NCBI GenBank assembly: GCA_964596665.1
Contig: CAZQVD010000002.1
Location: forward strand, 1 to 36,083
From: an uncultured Dehalococcoidia bacterium
GTDB taxonomy: Bacteria; Chloroflexota; Dehalococcoidia; Lucifugimonadales; Australimonadaceae
Direction of reading: 5' to 3'
DNA length: 36,083 bases
The translations under genes were made by a program, and so were the position numbers. A model generated the notes under the pieces. It was not told the DNA's origin. It ran no database searches and was given only the letters and a program-made list of their open reading frames with translations. Below are positions 27,913 to 35,170 of this stretch, piece after piece; position 1 is the first letter of the stretch; the number at the start of each line of letters is the position of its first letter.

Positions 27913-27981
27913 GGGGGTGAGGTTAGCACGCCAATTTGCCAGCCCGGCTACTCGCCGCTGATTTGCGATAGTCGCGCGTCT

Positions 27982-28087
27982 TTCCCACCCAGCCGCTCGC
28001 CATGTCTGAGCATCCGCCGAGCAGGCCGGACCGCGGCCCGGCGGCTTCAGTCCGGAGCCGTAGCGAAGCGGAGACGCACAGTTAGAA
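27982..28087 (+). repeat. Dispersed intergenic repeat, long subtype
   Basis: TTCCCACCC...CTGAGCATCCGCCGAGCAGGCCGGACCGCGGCCCGGCGGCTTCAGTCCGGAGCCGTAGCGAAGCGGAGACGCACAGTTAGA. Confidence 0.88.
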
Positions 28088-28091
28088 CGTG

Positions 28092-29177
28092 CTATTCCTG
28101 GAATGTACGCTGGAGCTCTTCGAGCAACTCGCGCTGACGCTTGGAGAGGCGGTCCGGGGTGGCGATGTTGACCGTGACGATCTCGTCACCGCGCTTGTTT
28201 TCGCGTCCCAGGAACGGCACACCCTGGCCTTTGATGCGGAACACGGCGCCGGGCTGCGTGGCGGGCGGCACCTTGAGCTTGCTGGTGCCTTCGAGCGTGG
28301 GCACATCGAGCTCGACACCGAGGGCCGCTTCAGGGAAAGTGAGTTCCAGCATGTAGAGGATGTCGTTGTCGTCCCGATCGAACAATTCGTGCGGCCTGAT
28401 GCGGATGCCCACGAACAGATCGCCCGCTGGGCCGCCCATGTCCCCGGCGTCACCCTGGCCGCGCACGTTGAGCGTGGCGCCGTTGGGCACGCCTGCCGGC
28501 ACGTTCACGGAGAGCTTGCGGCGCGAGCGCTCGTCGCCGCTCCCCTTGCATTGCGTGCAGGGGGTTGGGATCGTCTGTCCCGCGCCGCTGCAGACGTTGC
28601 ACTCGGCCTCGGTCACGAACTGTCCGAAGATACTGCGCTGGGAGCGCCGCACTCGGCCGGAGCCCTTGCAGTTCGTGCAGGTCGCGGTCGCGGTGCCCGG
28701 TTCTGCCCTGATGCCGCTGCAACGGGTGCACCGTTCGGTGCGATTGATCTCAATCTCCTTCCCGGCACCGAACACGGCCTCTTCGAAAGTCACGGTCAGC
28801 GTGGTCTGGAGGTCGCGGCCCTCGCGTCCCCGGGTGCGGGTGCCCGCTCTGCCCATCCCACCACTGTTGCCGAAGAAGGCGTCGAATATGTCGCCGAAAC
28901 CGCCGAAAAGATCGGAACCCTCGAAGCCCTGGCCGGTACTCGCGCTACCGTTGCCCACGCCGGCATGACCGTAGCGGTCGTATCGGCTGCGACGCTCAGG
29001 GTCGGTGAGCACCTGGTAGGCCTCGTTGACCTCTTTGAACTGCTTCGGGGCGCCGGGGTCCTTGTTGCGGTCCGGGTGGAGCTCGAGCGCCTTCTTGCGA
29101 AAAGCCTTGCGGACGTCCTCCTCGGAGGCGCCGCGGCCAACTTCGAGGACCTCGTAGTAGTCGCGTTTGGTGGTCAT
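28092..29177 (-). CDS. dnaJ: Chaperone DnaJ
   Basis: J domain with HPD, G/F-rich linker, four CxxCxGxG-type zinc motifs, C-terminal domain. Confidence 0.97.
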   Translation of the reverse strand: MTTKRDYYEVLEVGRGASEEDVRKAFRKKALELHPDRNKDPGAPKQFKEVNEAYQVLTDPERRSRYDRYGHAGVGNGSASTGQGFEGSDLFGGFGDIFDAFFGNSGGMGRAGTRTRGREGRDLQTTLTVTFEEAVFGAGKEIEINRTERCTRCSGIRAEPGTATATCTNCKGSGRVRRSQRSIFGQFVTEAECNVCSGAGQTIPTPCTQCKGSGDERSRRKLSVNVPAGVPNGATLNVRGQGDAGDMGGPAGDLFVGIRIRPHELFDRDDNDILYMLELTFPEAALGVELDVPTLEGTSKLKVPPATQPGAVFRIKGQGVPFLGRENKRGDEIVTVNIATPDRLSKRQRELLEELQRTFQE

Positions 29178-29193
29178 GCCGTGGCGCGCTCGA

Positions 29194-30233
29194 TCACGAG
29201 CCGGGTTCGTCTAGCGAGCTGACGAGCCGGGTCAGGAAGTCGGCGAGGTAGCGGACGCTTGCGATGGCCTGTGTGTAGTCCATGCGCGTGGGTCCGACGG
29301 CGCCGATGACGCCGGAGGAATGACCGTAGGAACCATAGCGGGAAGTGACCAGGCTATAGGGGCGTAGCGAGGCACGCCGGCTCTCTTCGCCGATCACGAC
29401 GTCGACATCTCCCTCCGGCAGAGACTCCTCCATGACTTGGAGCAGCGAGGCGTCGTCCTCCAGCACCTGAACCGCGTCGCGTGCGCGCTCGCCGCTTTGG
29501 AACTCGGGTTGGCCAAGCATGTGCCGTAGCCCGTCGGTATAGTGCCGCTGGGGCTCATCAGAGTCTTCATCGTCGAGCAGGCGCTGCACCTCGGCGGTGA
29601 CCGCCTCGGCGTCGGCGCCGAAAGCGCGCGCCGCGTCCCACCACGCGCGGACCTCGAGGGCGTTCTTGCCGATCAGCGCTGCGTTGAGGCGAGCTGCCAG
29701 CCCAGTGAGCTGATCCTGGTCGACGGGCTGGGCGAAATGAACCATGCGTTGCCGTAGACGCGCCTCTTGGCACACGAGCACCAGCAGGGCTTGCTGGTTG
29801 TGGATGTGCACGAGCTGTAGCTGCTTCACGCGGGCCGTGGACACGCGTGGCGCGGTTGCGATGGCCCCGTTGCGGAGCGCACCATGGTCGCGCGGTGGGC
29901 CCAGGCCTCCGGGTCGCCCGTGTCCGCGTTTATCGCGCCCTGCACGAGTATCTCAAACCCGCGCGGCGGGCGTGCTCGAAGTGTGGCGCGCTCGACGTAG
30001 AATCGGTAGGCAAGGTCACCGGGTACTGCACCGGCCGAAGCGTGAGGCCTGGAGATGTAGCCCATCTCCTCAAGCTCCGCCATGTCGTTGCGGATCGTAG
30101 CCGGACTCACCTTCATGTCGTGCCTGCGCACAATCTGCTGTGAGGCGACAGGCGTTGCCGTCCGGATGTAGTCGCCAACGATGATGTCGAGGAGCGCTTG
30201 CCGGCGAGGGTTCAGCGTCGAGCTATGCTGCAT
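29194..30233 (-). pseudogene. hrcA: Heat-inducible transcription repressor HrcA, split by a frameshift near 29880
   Basis: N-half has L..IV.DYI.TATPVAS, VSPATIRNDMAELEEMGYI.RPHASAG..P, YRFYV. C-half in another frame has L.QPEF, V.IG.E, G.IG.VGPTRMDY. CIRCE upstream. Confidence 0.9.
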
Positions 30234-30253
30234 TGGAAGCCTCTTCACGTCGA

Positions 30254-30280
30254 TTAGCAGTCGCAACTTTCGAGTGCTAA
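30254..30280. promoter_or_regulatory. CIRCE operator (HrcA binding site)
   Basis: TTAGCAGTC-N9-GAGTGCTAA, one mismatch to TTAGCACTC-N9-GAGTGCTAA, between the promoter and the hrcA start. Confidence 0.95.
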
Positions 30281-30291
30281 TCGACCACCCG

Positions 30292-30321
30292 AATGTAGCA
30301 TCGGGCGCTCGCGGGAGTCAA
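30292..30321 (-). promoter_or_regulatory. Sigma70-type promoter of hrcA-dnaJ
   Basis: Minus strand TTGACT, 18 nt spacer ending in TGc, TACATT. Confidence 0.75.
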
Positions 30322-30393
30322 TCGGTCCGCGTCCTGTATCCACGGCAGTCCATGATGGCTATCCCAGGAGATTCAGCCAAGAGGTGAAGGCTA

Positions 30394-30411
30394 TTGTGAA
30401 ATCCCTCTCAA
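30394..30411. promoter_or_regulatory. Candidate Rex (or CRP/FNR-family) operator
   Basis: TTGTGAA-ATCC-CTCTCAA versus Rex TTGTGAA-N4-TTCACAA (2 mismatches); also TGTGA-N6-TCTCA; 4 nt upstream of the -35 box. Confidence 0.45.
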
Positions 30412-30415
30412 AGCG

Positions 30416-30444
30416 TTGACTGACCGGCTCCCCGAGGCTATATT
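30416..30444 (+). promoter_or_regulatory. Sigma70-type promoter of the GuaB3-type gene
   Basis: TTGACT, 17 nt spacer, TATATT. Confidence 0.8.
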
Positions 30445-30481
30445 TCCTCAAATAACTACAACAACCAGGGGGTGCGAAGCT

Positions 30482-31633
30482 ATGGTGCTACCGCGTGTTC
30501 AGGTTCGAGAGCTTCGAAGGACCTACGGCTTTGAGGAGGTCGCCATCGTTCCTGGCGACGTCACGACCAACCCCGAGCTCTCCGACCCCACGCTGCGCAT
30601 CGGCCCCTACGACTTCTCCATTCCCATCTTGGCTTCCGCCATGGACGCCATCGTCAGCCCCGAATTCGCGGGTCTCATGGCCAAGGCCGGCGGCCTTGGC
30701 GTGATGAACCTCGAAGGTGTCTTCTCTCGATACGAGGACCCAATCGCCGCGATCCAAGAGGTCTCCTCCGCGCCCCGCGAGGGGCTCACCGAGGTGCTGC
30801 AGAGGATCTACACCGCTCCTATGAAGGAGCACTTGATCGGGCAGCGCGTGCAGGAGATCAAGGCGACCGGTGCCGTGATCGCTGTTTCGGTGACCCCGCA
30901 GAACACGAAGCGCTTGGCACCACTGGCGGTGGAGGCCGGAGCCGACATCATCGTGGTCCAGTCCACCGTCACCACCGCGCGCCACATCTCCAACAGCTAC
31001 ACGGGTCTGCATTTCTCGGAGCTGGTCGAGCAGCTCCCGGTCCCTGTCCTCGTGGGGAACACGGTCACGGCAAGCGCGACGCTCGAGCTGATGGAGCAGG
31101 GCATTGCGGGTGTGCTCGTCGGTGTCGGCCCAGGTGCCGCGTGCACCACCAGGGACGTGACCGGCATGGGCGTGCCGCAGGTTTCAGCCACGCTGGAGTG
31201 CGCCGCCGCCCGAGATGAGTTCTACGCACGCACGGGCCGCTACGTCGTGATCATCACGGACGGCGGCATCCGCACAGGCGGCGACTTCTGCAAGGCGATG
31301 GCCGCCGGCGCCGACGGCGTGATGATCGGCACGCCATTCGCGCAGACGTACGAGGCTCCCGGTGGAGGCTTCAACTGGGGCATGGCCAGCCCTCACCCTG
31401 CACTTCCCCGTGGAACGCGGATCAACGTGGGCGCGCAGGCCACCCTGGAACAGGTTCTCTTCGGCCCCAGCCACCGCACCGACGGCACGCACAACCTGAT
31501 CGGCGCGCTCAAGGTGAGCATGAGCATGGTGGGCGCGACGACCATCGAAGAGTTCCACGAACGAGCCGAGCTCGTCGTGGCGCCGACGATCGCAACCGAG
31601 GGCAAGATCTTCCAGCGCGCCGGTCAGATCTAG
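30482..31633 (+). CDS. guaB: GuaB3-family IMP dehydrogenase-related protein (no CBS domains)
   Basis: RRTYGFEEVAIVPG, IPILASAMD, GGLGVMNLEG, VGVGPGAACTTR, DGGIRTGGD, WGMA.P...LPRGTR. The true start is ATG 30482; the ORF-track TTG is the -35 box. Confidence 0.92.
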   Translation: MVLPRVQVRELRRTYGFEEVAIVPGDVTTNPELSDPTLRIGPYDFSIPILASAMDAIVSPEFAGLMAKAGGLGVMNLEGVFSRYEDPIAAIQEVSSAPREGLTEVLQRIYTAPMKEHLIGQRVQEIKATGAVIAVSVTPQNTKRLAPLAVEAGADIIVVQSTVTTARHISNSYTGLHFSELVEQLPVPVLVGNTVTASATLELMEQGIAGVLVGVGPGAACTTRDVTGMGVPQVSATLECAAARDEFYARTGRYVVIITDGGIRTGGDFCKAMAAGADGVMIGTPFAQTYEAPGGGFNWGMASPHPALPRGTRINVGAQATLEQVLFGPSHRTDGTHNLIGALKVSMSMVGATTIEEFHERAELVVAPTIATEGKIFQRAGQI

Positions 31634-31745
31634 GGTCTGGCTGCGCGCCTGCGCTCCTCTACGGCCCCGGACTAAGGGTCGCGGCTCCTGCCGCTCCGCC
31701 TAGCTCTTGCTGAGCGGCAGCGAGTAGGGCAAGGATGCACCCTGC
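31632..31745 (-). repeat. Dispersed intergenic repeat, divergent full-length copy
   Basis: Reverse complement reads GCAGGGTGCATCCTTGCCCTACTCGCTGCCGCTCAGC...GCGGCAGGAGCCGC...TTAGTCCGGGGCCGTAGAGGAGCGCAGGCGCGCAGCCAGACCCT; its end overlaps the guaB TAG stop. Confidence 0.85.
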
Positions 31746-31758
31746 GTAGCGCGTTGCC

Positions 31759-33054
31759 CTAACCTGTGCGATTGTCTTCAGCATCGCGAGCGTGCGCCGG
31801 TGGGCGGGCGACGAGCACCAAGACCATCGCGGTCATGCTCACGAGAACGAACACACTGAAGATCGAGCGGTAGCTGCTGGTGGCATCGTAGGCGAGAGCC
31901 GCGGCCAACGGTCCGGTGGCCTGCGCGATGTTCTGGGCGGCGCGCACCACCCCCTCGATCGAGCCCAGGTGCCGCCGTCCGAAGTAGTCGGCGAATATGA
32001 GCCGCTGGAGCGGCACCGAGCCTCCCTGTGCGATGCCGTAGACGATGCTCCAAACGATGGCGACCCAGGCTGGCCCCACGCTGAGCAGTATGGCGAGGCC
32101 GATGCCGTTCAGCGCAAAGTCCGCTGCCAGCACGTAGCGAACGTTGAAGTGGTCGCGCAGGAAACCCGCCAGCAGCGCACCGGCCGCTCCGAACCCGGAT
32201 TGCATCGAGAGCGCCACGACCGCTAACCCCGGCGACAGCCCGCTGTCGGTCAGATACGCCACGACGTGGAGTACCAAGCCTCCACGGCCGAACCACCAGA
32301 AGAAGCCCGCGGCGGAGATGAGGTAGAACGAAGGCTCGTGAAGGGCCTCCTTCAGGGTCAGCGAAACGTCCGCGACCATGGGCCTGGGCCTTGGTTCCTC
32401 CGGCGAAGCGGCCCTGATGTCGGGCGGCCGCCCGTCGGGCAGCAGACCCATATCCTCCGGCCGGCGCCGCATGAACAATGCCGTGGGCACCATGGACACG
32501 ATCAGGATGAGCATGCCCACGCCGAACGCCGCCGGGCGCCAGCTCGAGCTGCTGATGAGCGCCTGCACGAACAGCGGTATGATCGCCGCGCCGATGGGGA
32601 AGCCCAGATTGCTCAGCGAGAGGGCACGGCCGCGCCTGGCGATGAACCAGTTGGGGATGACGACGGCGGTCGCGACGGCTAGGACGCCGGTGTTCATACT
32701 TCGGGCGATCATCTGCAGCGCGTAGAAGTGCCAGAGGTTCTCCATGACGGACATCAAGGCGAAAGCGGTGCCGAGGACTCCGTAGGCGGCGACCAAGGCC
32801 CACCGCGATCCGAACCGATCGACGATGGGTCCGGTGAGTATCGCGGCCCCGCCTCCGGCGATGCCTCCGATGGTCAGCGGGAGCGTGAACGTGGCGCGAG
32901 TCCACCCGAACTCCTCAGTGATTGGCTTGAGGAAAATGCCGAGCACGGGCAGGGCCTCGGTACTGGCGCTGAATCCGCCCAAGGCGACGACCAGCACCAA
33001 CACCCAGCCGTAGAACACGCGGGGTTGGTGGGGTGGCGTTTCTGGTGGCGTCAA
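31759..33054 (-). CDS. MFS transporter
   Basis: VFYGWVLV, GPIVDRFGSR, WFIARRG, DYFGRRHLG. Start placed at TTG 33054, downstream of an extended -10 TGcTATCAT (33095-33087). Confidence 0.9.
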   Translation of the reverse strand: MTPPETPPHQPRVFYGWVLVLVVALGGFSASTEALPVLGIFLKPITEEFGWTRATFTLPLTIGGIAGGGAAILTGPIVDRFGSRWALVAAYGVLGTAFALMSVMENLWHFYALQMIARSMNTGVLAVATAVVIPNWFIARRGRALSLSNLGFPIGAAIIPLFVQALISSSSWRPAAFGVGMLILIVSMVPTALFMRRRPEDMGLLPDGRPPDIRAASPEEPRPRPMVADVSLTLKEALHEPSFYLISAAGFFWWFGRGGLVLHVVAYLTDSGLSPGLAVVALSMQSGFGAAGALLAGFLRDHFNVRYVLAADFALNGIGLAILLSVGPAWVAIVWSIVYGIAQGGSVPLQRLIFADYFGRRHLGSIEGVVRAAQNIAQATGPLAAALAYDATSSYRSIFSVFVLVSMTAMVLVLVARPPAHARDAEDNRTG

Positions 33055-33115
33055 AAAAGGGATCCGTTGTCGGGGTGGCCGCGCCGATGATAGCAGCAGA
33101 GGTGGCAGCGCGGCG

Positions 33116-33144
33116 TTGACCGGCTTGGATCCCAGCCGTATGCT
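33116..33144 (+). promoter_or_regulatory. Sigma70-type promoter of the pantothenate operon
   Basis: TTGACC (33116-33121), 17 nt spacer, TATGCT (33139-33144). Confidence 0.8.
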
Positions 33145-33150
33145 GCCGCC

Positions 33151-33297
33151 GCCGCCTATCTCGCTTCCAGCAGAAGGCGAGCACAGCCCGAAAAACTGAG
33201 GTTGGCCCGAAGCCGCTGGGATCGTTCGGCCGAGACGGCGCGGGGCTGGTGTTGGAATGGCATTCTGCCACGACGCCCGCCTGCGCGGGCGTTTTCT
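33151..33297 (+). ncRNA. Candidate cis-regulatory leader RNA (riboswitch/attenuator) of the pan operon
   Basis: About 170-nt UTR with several helices and mutually exclusive terminator/antiterminator pairing, folded by eye (see findings). Confidence 0.6.
33272..33297 (+). terminator. Intrinsic terminator inside the pan operon leader
   Basis: ACGCCCGC-CTGC-GCGGGCGT followed by TTTCT, about 25 nt before the first ATG (33323). Confidence 0.7.
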
Positions 33298-33322
33298 GGT
33301 CTCTTGCCCCTGGCAGGATCCA

Positions 33323-34309
33323 ATGAAAGATACACTGACCGACGTCATAGGCCTGGAAGTGGGTCACCAAAGCGACCTCGCAGCGGGCACGGGTTGCACC
33401 GTCGTGCTTGCGCGCGAGGGTGCGGTGGGCGGAGTGGACGTACGCGGCGCCGCCCCGGGGACCCGTGAGACGGACCTGCTGCGGGCCGAGAACTCGGTCG
33501 AGAAGATCCACGCGGTGGTGCTCAGCGGTGGCAGCGCCTACGGTCTGGATGCGGCATCGGGCGTGATGCGGTTCCTCGAGGAGCAGGGTGTGGGGCATCG
33601 CGTCGGTGATTTCGTCGTGCCCATCGTCCCTGGAGCGATCATCTTCGATCTGGGCACCGGTGCCAACGTGCGGCCGAGTGGCGGTGACGGCTACACCGCC
33701 GCCACCGCCGCGTCGAGTGATCCTCCCGAGCAGGGCACCGTGGGTGCAGGTGTGGGTGCCACCGTCGGCCAGGTGCTGGGCCGAGGCGCCGCGATGAAGG
33801 GTGGCGTCGGTTGTGCCAGCATGGACCTGGGCGGTGGTGTGGTGCTCGCAGCCATCGTCGTGGTGAACGCCATCGGCGGCGTGCACGATCCTGACTCCGG
33901 CGAGCTGCTGTGCGGGCCGCGTGGCGAGGACGGCCGGTTGCATGACAGCATTGCGGTTTACGCCGACCCTGATTTTGGAAAGCGCGCAAGCGCGGCGCGC
34001 ACGCAGGCGCTCGGGAACACGACGATCGGCGTGATCGCGACCACCGCCATGCTCACCAAGTCTCAGGCGAACCGGCTTGCAACCATGACGCACGACGGAC
34101 TGGCGCTGGCGATCCGGCCGACGCATACGCCACACGATGGGGACACGATGTTCGCGCTGTCCACCGGCTGCGTGGATGCTCCTGATGAATGGACCCGCCT
34201 CTGCGCCCTGGCGCCCACGGTCACCGCGCGGGCCGTCGTCAACGCGGTGCGGCACGCGACGAGCCTGCACGGCTTTCCGTCCATGTCGGAGCTCGCTGCC
34301 GATGGCTGA
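33323..34309 (+). CDS. P1/S58 family peptidase (DmpA/NylC-like Ntn hydrolase)
   Basis: LTDV.GLEVGH, TGCTVV, DVRGAAPGTRETDLL, LSGGSAYGL, VPIVP.A.IFDL, GNTTIG autoproteolysis site, HDGLA..I.P.HT..DGDT.F. Confidence 0.92.
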   Translation: MKDTLTDVIGLEVGHQSDLAAGTGCTVVLAREGAVGGVDVRGAAPGTRETDLLRAENSVEKIHAVVLSGGSAYGLDAASGVMRFLEEQGVGHRVGDFVVPIVPGAIIFDLGTGANVRPSGGDGYTAATAASSDPPEQGTVGAGVGATVGQVLGRGAAMKGGVGCASMDLGGGVVLAAIVVVNAIGGVHDPDSGELLCGPRGEDGRLHDSIAVYADPDFGKRASAARTQALGNTTIGVIATTAMLTKSQANRLATMTHDGLALAIRPTHTPHDGDTMFALSTGCVDAPDEWTRLCALAPTVTARAVVNAVRHATSLHGFPSMSELAADG

Positions 34310-35168
34310 GCTTCCCGCGATCGGCTTCATCGGTGCGGGCCGCGTGGCGCGTGTGTTAGCGCCGGCCTTCGCGGGCGCCGGGTATCGCGTCGTGGGGGCC
34401 GCGAGCAGGTCCTCCGCATCGGCCGAAGCGCTGGCCGCGACGGTGCCCGGTTGCGCGGCGACCGACGGCCAGGGTGTGTTGGCGGCAGCGGAGCTGGTGT
34501 TCATCACGACGAACGACGCGGCCATCGCCGACGCCGTCCGGGACGTGGCGTGGGCGCCGGGCAAGGCCGCCGTCCACTGTAGCGGCGCCTCGACGCTCGA
34601 TCCCTTGGCCCGTGCGAAGAAAGCGGGTGCGGCCGTGGGGTCGTGGCATCCGTTCCAAACGTTCGGCGCCGCGGGCACCACGACGGATCTCGAGGGCATC
34701 ACGGTGGGCATCGATGCGGAGGCTCCGCTGGACGGCACGCTGGGCGAGATCGCGCGCAGGCTCGGTGCGACGCCGATCGCCGTCCCAGAAGCGGCGCGCG
34801 CGCTGTACCACGCAGCATCGGTCATGACCTGCGGCTATCTGACGACGCTGCTGTATCAGGCGCAAGCGCTCTGGGAGCGCGCCGGGCTGCCCCCTGAAGC
34901 GGCGGGGCCGGCCATCGGCAAGATCGCCCAGTCGACCCTGGGCAACGTGATCCGGGCCGGGGCGCACGCTGCGCTTACGGGCCCGACGTCGCGAGGCGAC
35001 GAGGTGACGGTCCGCCGCCACCTGGGGGCGATCTCGGATGCCGCTCCCGGTCTGCTGCCGCTGTATCGCGCACTCACGGAACGCTCGGTAGCGCTCGCGA
35101 GAGAAGCGGGCCGCGATCCAGGGAATGTCGACTGGGAATCGTTGCTTGCTGGCAAGAAGGAGGGCTAA
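34302..35168 (+). CDS. Rossmann-like/DUF2520 oxidoreductase (PanG-like putative ketopantoate reductase)
   Basis: IGFIGAGRVA, VHCSGA, SWHPFQTF, LYHAA, ALTGP.SRGD..TV..HL; lies directly upstream of panB; start ATG 34302 overlaps the peptidase end. Confidence 0.88.
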   Translation: MAELPAIGFIGAGRVARVLAPAFAGAGYRVVGAASRSSASAEALAATVPGCAATDGQGVLAAAELVFITTNDAAIADAVRDVAWAPGKAAVHCSGASTLDPLARAKKAGAAVGSWHPFQTFGAAGTTTDLEGITVGIDAEAPLDGTLGEIARRLGATPIAVPEAARALYHAASVMTCGYLTTLLYQAQALWERAGLPPEAAGPAIGKIAQSTLGNVIRAGAHAALTGPTSRGDEVTVRRHLGAISDAAPGLLPLYRALTERSVALAREAGRDPGNVDWESLLAGKKEG

Positions 35169-35170
35169 TC

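Noticed and set aside
27923-27949. Second CIRCE upstream of prmA (TTAGCACGC...)
   Set aside because: Only one half-site; the match is explained by the TGcTAACCT extended -10 on the minus strand.
33151-33297. Assigning the pan leader to T-box, TPP or SAM-I classes
   Set aside because: The antiterminator bulge is GAA, not UGGNACC; CTGAG and TGGCCCGA fragments occur but the other conserved cores are absent.
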